Assembly: GCA_964187785.1 (NCBI GenBank)
Contig: OZ076411.1
Location: 23,560,001-23,624,000, forward strand
Source of the DNA: Amphiscolops sp. MND2022
Taxonomy: Eukaryota
Length of the DNA stretch: 64,000 nt
Reading direction: 5' to 3'
Positions 13,601 to 25,146 of the stretch are shown in pieces (within the stretch, counting starts at the first letter, position 1; each line of letters begins with the position of its first letter). The position numbers and the translations under genes are program-made. Under the pieces are notes generated by a model. It was not told the origin of the DNA. It saw nothing but the letters and a program-made list of their open reading frames with translations, and did no database searches.

Positions 13601-15547
13601 TGCAAGACACCGTTTTGTCAAGACATCGTCAACGTCTTGTTAATAGAAATTCCAAAATGTTATTCCAAAGGAAAGGAACTCAAAAACGTTCGAGCAACAC
13701 ACAGTTGACAAGTAAATGAAATTTTTAACAAGCCGGGAACGGCCCAAGTCGGCGCCTCGCTCGAAGTTCAACAAACAGAGTTAGTTAATATAATTGAGAT
13801 AAGGGACACTATTGTGGAACGTTTAATCAAATTTACGGTGCCATAATCCTTAACTGAAAACATCAAGAAACCCAAGTTTTGAAATATTCGATTTTTTTTT
13901 TAAAAAAAAGTCTCAGTGCCGAAAAACAGAACACCCTTCAAGTTTGCAAAATGCTTTTTTCCAATCAAAAATTTCATAAAAAGTGAAGGGTGAAGGGTCA
14001 CAGAATGCCGAAAAAACAGTACTTTTCCACCATTTTTGAGAAAACTCTTATCATCCCCAAAGGACTAAAAATAACCGAAGATGTTACCCGTAAGACTCGG
14101 AAAATGGTTTTCCTCAACTGAAAACTTCAAAAAACCAAAAAATGTGAAAAAAAAAAATGTTTTTTTTTCATACTTTGAAAAGTCGCATAGTACCGGAAAA
14201 ACCTAAAAGGGGACTCTTCGGTCTGTGTAAGCATAAAAATTTGGTACAACTCGAACGACTAAAAACGTATTATCATTCAGCACCTGATTTAAACATTTTC
14301 AAAAAATCTCAGAATATTTCAACTCCATGTCCAGAAAATATCAATGAATTAACAGTTAGACAACCTATCAAAACTTTTAGATTATAGACAGGCAGAAGTA
14401 GGGAAAAATCAAGAAAAAACATCGTCAATACCTATAATAGAGTAGAGTTGTCAGTCTTGATGACAAAAACCCGGATTTCCTATCGATTCTATCTTCCAGC
14501 AATACAGTTAAAACTCGCACACTTCAACTAAATGTACGGGAAATTGGGACAACGATTTGTCGAAATACTTGTTAAAGATCAAGCTGTCGAATTTACTTAC
14601 CGTAGGAATTGTTTGACAAGATTTTATAGAGATTACCATCCACGGCATTTAGTTAGGGAACTTAAAATTATTTGACAATGAATCAAATGGACTTCACAGC
14701 AAATTGGTCAAAATGTCACTCCACGCAATTTAATTCAACCAAAATAACATTTTTACAATTGGTTTCACAAAAAAGAAAAACAAAACCCAATTAAAGGTTT
14801 ATAAAATATCACTATTTCACGAACCTTCAATTCATCTTCTGAAAATGCTTAGGATTCAGTCTCAAATTGCGGTGATGCATAACAGAATAATAGTTCAAAA
14901 ATTACCACAAGAATGAACCCATAATGAAGCATGTCTCATCTGCATACAAAGGTCTTTTCAATTTTCTATGTCATGATTTGCATTGAATCGCATACATTTG
15001 CGCTGACACGCCGTGCGCGAGGAAACGTTTCAATTTAAAATGTGACATCTGAGTACGACGCGCTGGAAGAATTAATTGATCTGACTGATTCTACTCAAAA
15101 AAGTACTTCAGAGCAAAAGGGCAACCGGAATGAGATGAAAATCATTTACTTGATCAAAGCACGATGGCTTATCAAATCGACTGAATAGTAGTAATGAGTA
15201 GAGAATGCAAATATGTTGACAGAGTTACGATTCCAGTTGGTTTCAATCCCCATTGTCACTTTGAAAAGTAGAAAATTTTGTCGATATTGACTAGATGAAG
15301 GACTATTATTCCCATTTAAGTAAGACTGCTGGAGGCATTTCACAAGTGATAGCAGCCAAAGTGATCTCTATACCTCGTTGTTTGAAAACAACTTACAAAG
15401 GCGGCAAAATTTGATCCGACAAATCCGTGTTGTCTCTAGAAAACACTGACCTACATTTGTTTCTCTTACATCATCATATTCCGTTGAAAGTAAAAATTGC
15501 AAAAAAAATCAGTGAAACAGAAGCTTTTAAGTTTTTTCGAACTTTAA

Positions 15548-16113
15548 CCCTAAACGACCCGGGCGTTTTTGCAATTTTTCAAAATTTAAATCATCAATAT
15601 CTCCACAACTACGCGTATCCGAGAAACGAACTATAGCGCGTTTGAAAGGTCTGGCATTGGACTTTCATTTTGGTCAGGTGAGCACCTGTCGCCGCGCGCC
15701 CCCTCTTTCAGAATTTGTTTTTTTTCCGGTACCGCCGCTTCGCGGCAGGTCCGCATTTCGTGCGGCCCGCTGCGCGGGGGCTTGTATTAACAGAATATTA
15801 TTGGGATTTGTTGCGTAAGAACTTGATGTGCAGGTGTATGGGGTTGGTTTTTGCTATGGGACAAGATTTTTGAGAAAACTGAATTTCGCCAAAAAATGAA
15901 ATTTAGAAAAAAATAACAATTTTTCGTGCAAAAAACTCTTTTTTTTTCAATTTTGGAGATATATTCACTTTTCCAAATGCTTGTGCCATTCAAACCAATC
16001 TAGGTACCAAGGAATTGTTGGAAAAAACTGCTAGATAATATGGGCTACTAGCAAAACGGATTAGAAATTGAAAAAAAGTACGTGAATTTAAAGTACCGGT
16101 GGGTAGTTTAGGG
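15548..16113. mobile_element. piggyBac-type MITE
   Basis: TTAA on both sides. TIR CCCTAAAC(G/T)ACCC, 12/13 match. A degenerate relative starts near 53146. Confidence 0.85.
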
Positions 16114-16194
16114 TTAAATTAGTCGATTGGTACTCTCAAGATGAAGGTCAGGCCGTAGACCTCAACAACGTCATATTTCGTTTTCTAGCATTTT

Positions 16195-16672
16195 AAACTA
16201 GCGGGACAAAACAGCCGATTTTCAACGGGACAAAACAGCCGATTTTCAAAATGGGACAAAACAGCCATTTTAAAACACAACAAAATCGACGATTGGTAAA
16301 AATAAAAATCGCCGACTTTGTCAATGCGTAAGATTAGCAGTCAATAAAATTATTATCATTATAACGTAGTCAGCTATGTTCACATACCCCTAGTGTCCTA
16401 AATGAAAAAGCGAAGCGAAGCGGAGCGACGTGCCACATGGCCATGCCTCAATGTTGCTCCTTGGCGAAGGGAGCGAAGCGACCGAGCCATACAACAAATA
16501 TGAACCTCTTCAAATAAATCTATTTTCATGCATATTGGCTGTAACAGCACTCATTTTGTTCCGTTTTGAAAATCGGCTGTTTTGGCCCGTTTTGAAAATC
16601 GGCTGTTTTGTCTCGTTTTGAAAATTGGCTGTTCTGTCTCGTTTTAAAATTGGCTGTTTTGTCCCACATCCT
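16195..16672. mobile_element. MITE with tandem subterminal GGGACAAAACAGCCGATTTTCAAA repeats in inverted arms
   Basis: Three forward units at about 16203-16270 and four reverse units at about 16560-16666. Confidence 0.7.
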
Positions 16673-16684
16673 TGGAATCAAATA

Positions 16685-16866
16685 CAGCCGGACCTCGGTT
16701 TACCGCACCCTATGGGGAGTATATCATTGATTAAGTTAGGAGTTACGCTGTTTCGAATACTTTTTTGTACTTGCGTGTGTACTTGATTTCCACTGGTTTA
16801 GAAATCAAATTGAGTTATAACGAGAGTTCCGTTGTATCGATGGTTCGTTATATCTAGGTCCCACTG
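16685..16866. mobile_element. Tc1/mariner-type MITE
   Basis: TA on both flanks. TIR CAG(CC/TG)GGACCT, 9/11 match. Confidence 0.6.
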
Positions 16867-17149
16867 TACGTAATTTACAAAATGAATTGTCTTGCCAGCA
16901 GCACTTCGCAGGTTTGAAAAATAAATAGTCTTGATTCATCAAAAAAGTCGCAACTTTGTTCAATTTTCTGGCGCGGAACTTTTTTTTGGAAATTTAAAAT
17001 CAAAGGAACTGACGAATTTTATTCCTTTGCAAGTATAAAACTTAAGACACTATTTTCTAGGAATGAATGAAAAAAGTCTCCTTTTTGGGACTATTTCAAA
17101 AAGAATTCCGAAAAAAATCAATTGTACGCTATGCAGCGGCAACGTTATG

Positions 17150-18560
17150 GCCAACGACAAATCACTAGGAAAACCACCGTTCACAGGAATATAAACTTTG
17201 CCAAAGGAAACCGTTTCAACCAAAGCACCTTTGCAAAAAATAACTCAATCTTTCAATATATGTCAAACGCCGTATGAAAAGCATAACCCAAGATATGAGA
17301 GACTTGTGAAATCTATAACCAATTTCTTTGTAATCGACTGCTTACCCTATAACATACTTGAAGGGTTAGGCTTCAAATCAAGGATATGTGTTCGATTCAC
17401 GGTTCGACTGCCCAAGTGAGTCAGTATTTCGCAAACGACTAATATCAAAATTGGTACAGCTGACTAAGTGTGGTCCCTACAAAATTTATGCAGCCGGCCT
17501 GAAAACTCCTGGCTAAGTGTGGTTCTTAGAAGATGCCAATAATTTAACTCTCCTGTTCGAGAACCTAAACGAGTTTGGGCTTGAGTTTATACAGGGAGCC
17601 ATGGCACCGACAACCGACAGAGCTGCAAATATGGAATCTTTCAGAAAATAGTATTTCGTATGGTTTAAATACATAGGTCATGTTCTTCAATTAACAGTCA
17701 GGGACGCCATCAAAGTTTCGCCAATTATCCAACATCTTCTTACGTCATCACGCAGATGCTCCATTCTTTATTCGGAGTCGTGTTGGATTGAATTTTTTTA
17801 CAGAAGCATCAAAGTGTAAAATAGTTATCACAATCGTCTCCCCCGAAAATGTGATAACCACATGAAACAGCGAATATTACCCACAAGATTGGTTTGCAAA
17901 AGACGATCAGTCGTTAATACAGCTCTGATAGACACACAGGTCAGCTCAGCAAGGAAGGTACCAGATGAAGGTATCACAGAAGTTGATGCAATTCAAAGCT
18001 GCAAATAGAGTTGGTATCAATCGAAGAATTTGCGAATATTCGGGAAACAAGTTCTACACTATGGGAACCTACTCGAACCCTAATTACAAAGACTTTTTAT
18101 TTGATTATCCACAGCGTAGAGCAGCGTAAAATATTTGTCAATTTACGTAGAAAATGATGAAATTTTTACAAGTGAACCACGTCAAGAAGAAACTATGGAA
18201 AATTCTTTATCTATGGAAGATCCTTATCATTAGTCGAGCTGAAGCTGAAGGCAAACATTCAAGATTCGCAATCAGTTAAAGCTCATGTGTCACAGACAAC
18301 AAAAATTGTTAGAGAAATTGATGCATATATGCGAGTTGGAGTGGAGAACACAGCTGACGTATGAGACTATTGGAGATGACATAAAACTTCTTATCAATGC
18401 TTGCCGGCGGCAGCGAGAAAGATTTAATGTATCAAGGCGACAAACAGCAAGTGAAAGACTCAATTCCACCGCAGGTGTTGCTAGTCGGCGTTTCCGAAGA
18501 AAAAGCACGACTTTTACAGTGGCTAAACTTTTTCGTCAGTTCAACGCGATCAGTCCACTT
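17150..18560 (+). pseudogene. Decayed hAT (Ac/ZBED1-like) transposase with stops and frameshifts
   Basis: Collinear hAT motifs: ITNFFVIDCLPYNILEGLGF, RFDCPSESVF, TTDRAANM, YIGHVLQLTVRDAI (CxxH-equivalent) and a dimerisation-domain relic REIDAYM...DYWR...LPAAARKI*CIKAT. Confidence 0.8.
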
Positions 18561-19189
18561 TTTGTGCATTGTGCACTTTGACCATAAGTACTTAGTACTT
18601 GATTTTGAACGCTTTGTGAGACATTTTTTTGAAAACTTTTTAATGTCTCAAAAGGTCTCCCTTCAATTTTTTGATATTTGGCAACAATGGGTGTTAAAAA
18701 TTCTCAAAGGGTCCCCTTCACATTTTTCGGCACCATGAGACTGTTCAAAATTCTCATTTTTGGTCTGATATTAGGTTTTCTCAATACACCAATAATTTTT
18801 TCGATACTATCCTAATTTTTTCAAGACTAGCGTTTTTCGGTACTATGCGATTTTTTTCTCATTTGTTGTTATGAGCCCCCCTCGATTTTTACTAGAAACC
18901 AAAGGTTTTCGAGCATAGAGGTCTCCTTAGGGTTTTTGGCACTATGCGAAAAAGTTTTTTTCTCAATTTTTCGTTTGAGAGGAATTAGATTGAGAGCAAG
19001 ATGGGTTTTTTGCTGTTTTCAGCTGGGAAAAAGTTGTTTCCTAGTCTTATGGGTAAACCTGCGGGTAATTTTTGGCACTGTAAAATTGATGAAATAATAA
19101 CAATAGTTTCGTTTTACGTATCGTTTTACGTATTTAAAAACTTTTTTGAACCTTGAGCGGGCCCCGATTTGGGCCGTTCGCGGCTTGTT
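18528..19189 (+). mobile_element. HINE family A copy, 5'-truncated, abutting the hAT relic
   Basis: Ends TTGGGCCGTTCGCGGCTTGTT and has the family internal repeats. Confidence 0.7.
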
Positions 19190-20587
19190 TCTAGTCGGAG
19201 AGAGACCTTGTCCTGCTCATGAAGAACAACTTGTTTTTCTGAATCAAAATCAGAAACTTTCTCTCTAAATCAATTTTCTGTTGAAGTTTTTGCATAACGC
19301 GGTAATATAGTCAGAAAAATACCGTCACAGTATCGTTCACCAATAAATTCATACCGCCGATGCCTCTTCCTTTGGTCATTTTAATTGAAGTTTTCAATAG
19401 AAAACAGAGACACAGAAGTGGCAGATGTTAAAACGAGTTAATCTACGAAACGTGGAAATTCCGGGAGCCTGCATGGAAACATTTTGTAGGATTACAATGC
19501 AGCTTCCACTATTTCAATTAAGGTGACTTCAAATCGTAGAATATTCAAAGCGTCGAAAGAATTCCATAGCAGCGATTATTTTCAGGTTATAATTTGAAGA
19601 GGTTAGCATATTTGTTGTATGGCTCGGTCGCTTCGCTCCCTTAGCCAAGTAGCAACATTGAGGCATGGCCATATGGCACGTCGCTCCTGCATTTAGGGCA
19701 CTAGGAGTATGTGGACATAGCTGACTACGTTATTGTAATTAGTTCGTCGCTTGTGATGTATTCATTTTACTGAATTTGATTGGTTCATTGAATGAAAGTT
19801 TGGTCACGTGACTATGACGCGCAGTATTTACTGCTTGTAAACTGCTTTCGACGCTTTGAATATTCTACGATTTGAACCGTCCCCTTCAATTAAAACTGAA
19901 AACATTTCCACTTCTTCACCACCGCGATCACTTTGTTTTCACGCGTAAGTTTCTCAAGTATCTTATGCGATCACCGTTAGTCAGATAACACGCTAAATAT
20001 GACGCTACTTTGAAACTTATAATGTGACTGAAGTTTATTTGCATGGACGTTTCTTTGAGAATTTTATAAAATCATGGAAAATTAGGTTGATAACCTACAA
20101 AAACATGTAAAAAGTTCAAGCACTTCCAACCAGGGTAGGCACTTAGCCAAGTGGTCACCGTGCGCGGTTAGGGAGCAGCGTTTCTGTGTATGAATCTCAC
20201 GCTGGTCTAAAAAAATTAAAGTTTGCAAACCTATACTAGGTCAGAGGGTCCTGGATATTTTCCGATTCTTCTCGCAAAAAAATCATTTCATGAGACGGTT
20301 TTTTAAAAATTCATTTTAGCTATTCCGAACCTATAGAGTCACCTTTGGATTTTTTGGCATTGCAAAAAATCCAAAAACCACGAAATTGGGTTTTCGAACT
20401 TTCCAGTTAGGCAAAAGCGTTTTTTGAGACTCAAGGATACCCACTTCGGGTAATTCTCGGCACTCACATTGATGCAAGTATTCTGAATGACTGCTTGAAT
20501 ATACTTGGGGGACGTTGCTCTTTTTGAGCATCAAGCGTGCACCCTTTTAGGCCGATCTCGGTTTGTTAGTACGAGGTCCATCATAGA

Positions 20588-20728
20588 GGCGCGAATAACG
20601 TCTCAGGAATAACGTCTAAAAGTGTCTCGGGAATAACGTCTAAAATTGAATGTATAAAGACAGGGAATGATCATGACGTGGCTTTAGACGTTATTCCCGT
20701 TTTTTATTTAGACGTTATTGGTTCCGCC
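20588..20728. mobile_element. Small foldback MITE with AATAACGTCT repeats
   Basis: Three forward and two reverse AATAACGTCT units, GGCG...CGCC termini. Confidence 0.65.
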
Positions 20729-23700
20729 TGCTCATCAAAAAATTGTAATGCATGAATAATTACAAACTCCTAGAACATTCATGGACATTTCTTGCTCCAA
20801 GTTCTTCAAGGAGGAGCCCCTTCAATGGCATTATTAGCTTACACTGATTGGTTGTACAACGATTAGATTGAAACAACCTCATACAACGATTAGTCTCAAG
20901 CTTGTAGTGTTTTCGGTAGTAACTACATGTATTAGCCATATATATTTTGGTACGGCCCATCAAAAACTGATTATTTTGCATTTACTTGGTGAAGGTCGTT
21001 GGTAAGTGCAATTCAATATTTTCAATAAGCAACAATGCGCCTGCTGCCATGCTCTGAAATGTTCCGATTGATTATGTGAAATTTTGAGCCTAAATTTCAA
21101 TCAACGCTCTCCTCGGCATCATCGATTCTAAATTTTGTCAAGCAGAAAGAAAAGGATGCAATTGGTGGCTAGGTCATATCGCTCACATTTTTGCAAATTG
21201 ATTACTTTTTCTAATACTATTAGATTTCTGATACTATTTCTAATCTAGTAGATTTCAGTCAAAGAGCAGCATGATATTTTCCATGTCTTTGTGGATTCAT
21301 TCTACAACTCCTCGCTGAGTGAGAGCAAGGAAAAATACTGTCAACCATGAACTGCATTTTTAATGAGCCGAGGGGCGAAACTTGATTCACTTCCGACCGT
21401 GATGATCGACGAAACACGACTAACTTTTTCACAAACTTATTCAGTCCTTATCGATAAGTTGAAACGATGAAAGCGGAAAATGAGTAAATTTGCCGAATTT
21501 AACACGGCCGATCAGTGATTAGAACACTTTAGAGTAGGTTTTGCGTTTGTTAAAAATTATTACGATTTTTTGGTCTGTCACAGAAAAGATAATTGAAGAA
21601 ACAATAGAAAAACATCGAATTGCCAAATCTGTAACTAACGGATTGGTGGACCTTTCACGATTAAGCAATGCCATAAAGCGATTTGCTTGTAATTAAGACT
21701 GATTTCATGGAAATTGAATTCATACATGTCGAATGTACGGATCATTAATTATAGAGGTTGAAAATTAAACCTTCCAAAAAAATTGGAGTGAACTTGGTTA
21801 TTTTTAAAGGAAATAGAATCAATGCACAAAACAATGGAGAAGTGGGTACTTAGAGCTTTTTAAAAAAGGCTGTAAATGAATAGATAACTTGCCCTGTTTT
21901 GGAGGTGCACTTTTAGTGCGAAGTATCTGTTTTTTACTGAAACCAGGTAAGTTGAGCATGGTGATAAGACTTCTGTGTAAAAAATTAGAAAATACGAGTA
22001 AGATTAACGAATACTATGGGGAAGGATAAGTTTGAGCAACTGGAGTGCATTTTACTGCAGATGTAGTGGTCAAGAGTAGTGTTAAAGACATAACAAGTTC
22101 AATAGGTGACTTTAACAAACATCATTAGCAAATGTCATCTTATTTGAGTAGGTCAGTGCAAAAGTGATTAGCAGTGACAAAAAAGAGCAGGTCTTTTAGT
22201 ATAGTGTTTGGTCCGATGGTTTGGTCAGACGGTGGCGGCAGAAAGAGACTGGGAGTGCTGTTATTGGTGACTATATTAATATGCATAACAGGAAATACGC
22301 GTTTTCGATTCATCAGCTAATCCTTGGTGGTGTGGTATGTGCAAAAAATAATGAAGGCTACACACCAATTCCCAAAACAACCACGACGTCTTGCAATGGT
22401 AAGATACAATATTAGTCCTATTAGCAACTCTTACAGTCGCCCAATTTGCCAATGCCCAAGATCTATCATGAAGCTTGAGGAAAAAACAGAGGAAAACAAA
22501 AATGAGGAGAAAAAACATAGACGGAAAAGAAAAAACACCATCAACGGTAATCGGGTGGACTTTAATAGATGAGACTTTTTTTCATCCACTGCTTTGCAGT
22601 GAAAACCAAAGCAGCATCAAAGTTGGCAAATGGAATTCAGTTAGCACTGAAGACGTCTAATTGTAGTTCTTTCATTATATCAGAGATCGTCGAATTACGA
22701 GGCCAAGTTGATTGACAAGACAAGGTGAACTTCACAATGCCTTCTCGGAAGAAAAAGCGCGTTACTGAGTGACGGGATAAAAGTAGAGAAATTTAGCTGA
22801 TGAGACGGAATGAATACAGCCACCTTTGTGCGGTACGCGGGCGGTTTCAAGCTGAAGAAACGTCAGCGATACCCAATCAACTCTGATGTGCAAATGCCTA
22901 CTCCGTCGTACAGTTCGTAAAAACTGACTGTCGAACACAAATTGAAGAGTAGAAGTGGGTGGTGATTGCAATGGAAGCTGCTTGGCAAACTGTAGGGATT
23001 GATAAATATGAAAAATTTTGTTGTAACACGAGTGAAGAATACTTCTATTTAATTGAGGTAGGGTGAAGCATAGAAATTTGAATTAAATGTCCTTAAAAAG
23101 CGAACTTGAGATGCAACTCAACTCAATAAGACATCAGATATCCAGCTGATTTAGAAAATTTTAAGATATCAATAGCGTAAATCACCCGCATAGTGTACAT
23201 GAAGCGAAATAGTCTAATGAGGAAACATTTCTAATTTGTTACCCAAATTTTCACGGCAGAACTTAGGACGAGGAAAAGAAAATCCTTTCCGGAGAAAGAA
23301 GGTCGGTAATGGAATCAATTTGTTCTACTTTTACAACCCAGCAAAGCGATAAAGAAGAAAGAACTATCTATTACTCCTCATTGTTTACCAACAATTTACT
23401 CAAAGGGGAAAAGCATTGGGATGATCGAATTATGACACCAGTGCGTTGTTGCGAAGTCAAGTACTAATTAGCTCCCGGAACTCCCCAGTGGTCGCGTTAA
23501 TAAAATCATCATTTTTAGTACAGGCCCATCTCGAGAGCTAACTGAGCTGAGGAAACAAAATTCGACCAAAATGACGTCACAGGAAAAGGAAGTTAGCGAC
23601 GTCAAAATATAGTACGATTTTCACGTCACAGAGAGCAAGTTGTTGAAATGCAATTTTCCAGATTGAAACGGATGTGCGACCGGTGGAAGTGGTGGACAAA

Positions 23701-24868
23701 GCCAGTAGTAATTTTAAATCCAGGAAAAGTAACCTCTTTTTCAGTTGAGTTGAATCGCTTCGAACGGCACTGTACTTATATTACAAGTGTGTGTACTTGT
23801 GTTGTATGTGAACTCTGTGGATAACGTATGTTGTCAGCTGAATTTATTGGTATACCAGCGGTGGCAGCAGCAGCTAATTTTTGCTTCTTCAGCAGCAGTT
23901 GTCGTAGAGTAGTAGAAGTATTAGCTTAATACCACCAAGCAGAGCAGCAGCAACGGCAGTTGGAATGATAGTACCATAATATGATGCTGGTGTTATTAAA
24001 TTTTTGAAAAATATTTTCTCAGAAGCCGCCGGTCACAGCAGTGGGTGGAGAAATAAAACAAAAGTTGCTGTGGAAAAATAGTTGCAGTGTTGGCGCTTTT
24101 TTGCAGCTTTAAATCTTTGTGTCAATCAAAGCGTGTTCCGTAAAATGACAGTAACGAGACGAGGCGAGACCAGACCGGACTTTCCAACCTTCTTACTTTC
24201 TCTTCTTTTCCTCCTCAGTGGGGCAATAATCTAATATTTGTTATCACAACTTTTCCACAGCCCAGGCTCAAAAGAGCGGAGTGACTTGGTGTGCAAATAT
24301 GCTGTTGGTAAAATCTGTTTCCATTTTAAATGTATATGTAACTTCATTAATCCATCCATCAGTCAGTCATTCACTCAATCAAACTTCAATTCGGTTAACA
24401 GACCCCAATGTTAACCGTGTAAACAAACAGAAGTAGACAAGACAACAGAATCGTGCATACACACAAATAACCCGCAAGGCTGACACAATAGGGAAGAACC
24501 AAACAGTTGTTTAAAACTGCGATGCTTTGAAAATGTTACGCGAACTCGACGGCTGTTTTTAAAACTCGAAAAGTAATATTGTGTCATGCAACTACCAGCA
24601 TCACAGCCTTCTGCATTTAGGAGACAGAGGTAGGGGAAAATGAAGTCGGGTAGGTAGCTAGTAGCAAAGTACAGTGGGTGCGGTGGTTGATGCAAGAAAA
24701 AGGGTGCAGGGTATAAGTTAGTGGAGCAATCGGGTTATTTTTAATGAGATTGAATGATAAATAAAAACTGGGTGGGTGCTGAGCGGCAGGGGTAATCACA
24801 AGGGAGGAGAAGAATGATGGGTCAGAATATTAGTGCTGCAAACGCGACTGTGAGTTAACTTGAATAAC

Positions 24869-25146
24869 CTACAGAGGAGATGATACTTGAATCAAAAGTA
24901 TCGTCTTTTCCACCGACCACTGCTGTTGGTCTCCTGTTACATGCACATTCGCACACAATGTCGTGGAAGAAGCAGATACCTCCAAATGGTAAGATAGCGA
25001 CATATTGTGTGGCATCTTGAGCGGTATAGGAGAGACAAGGTTACAAACTAGGTAAAGACGGGGACGAGGATGATGACGAGGACTACCAAGAGCAGCAATA
25101 CTTTCAAACAGATGACTTTTCTTCCCAACAACTTCAGTATTTCTCA
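24869..25146 (-). CDS. Candidate alternative terminal trio exon ending QVSSPL-stop
   Basis: cttccttccag acceptor, phase 1 compatible with the 29025 donor, open to the stop at 24869. No homology support. Confidence 0.33.

Noticed and set aside
14500-15190. Protein-like fragments as a decayed transposase
   Set aside because: Short open stretches only, with no family motif I could recognise.
22737-22772. Plus-strand MPSRKKKRVTE echoing MPSRKK of the 33-kb exon
   Set aside because: An 11-codon frame on the opposite strand; chance is sufficient.
22762-22971. ORF MQSPPTST... as a trio cassette exon
   Set aside because: Its acceptor is phase 0, while the 29025-7286 intron needs phase 1, and the phase-1 reading hits a stop.
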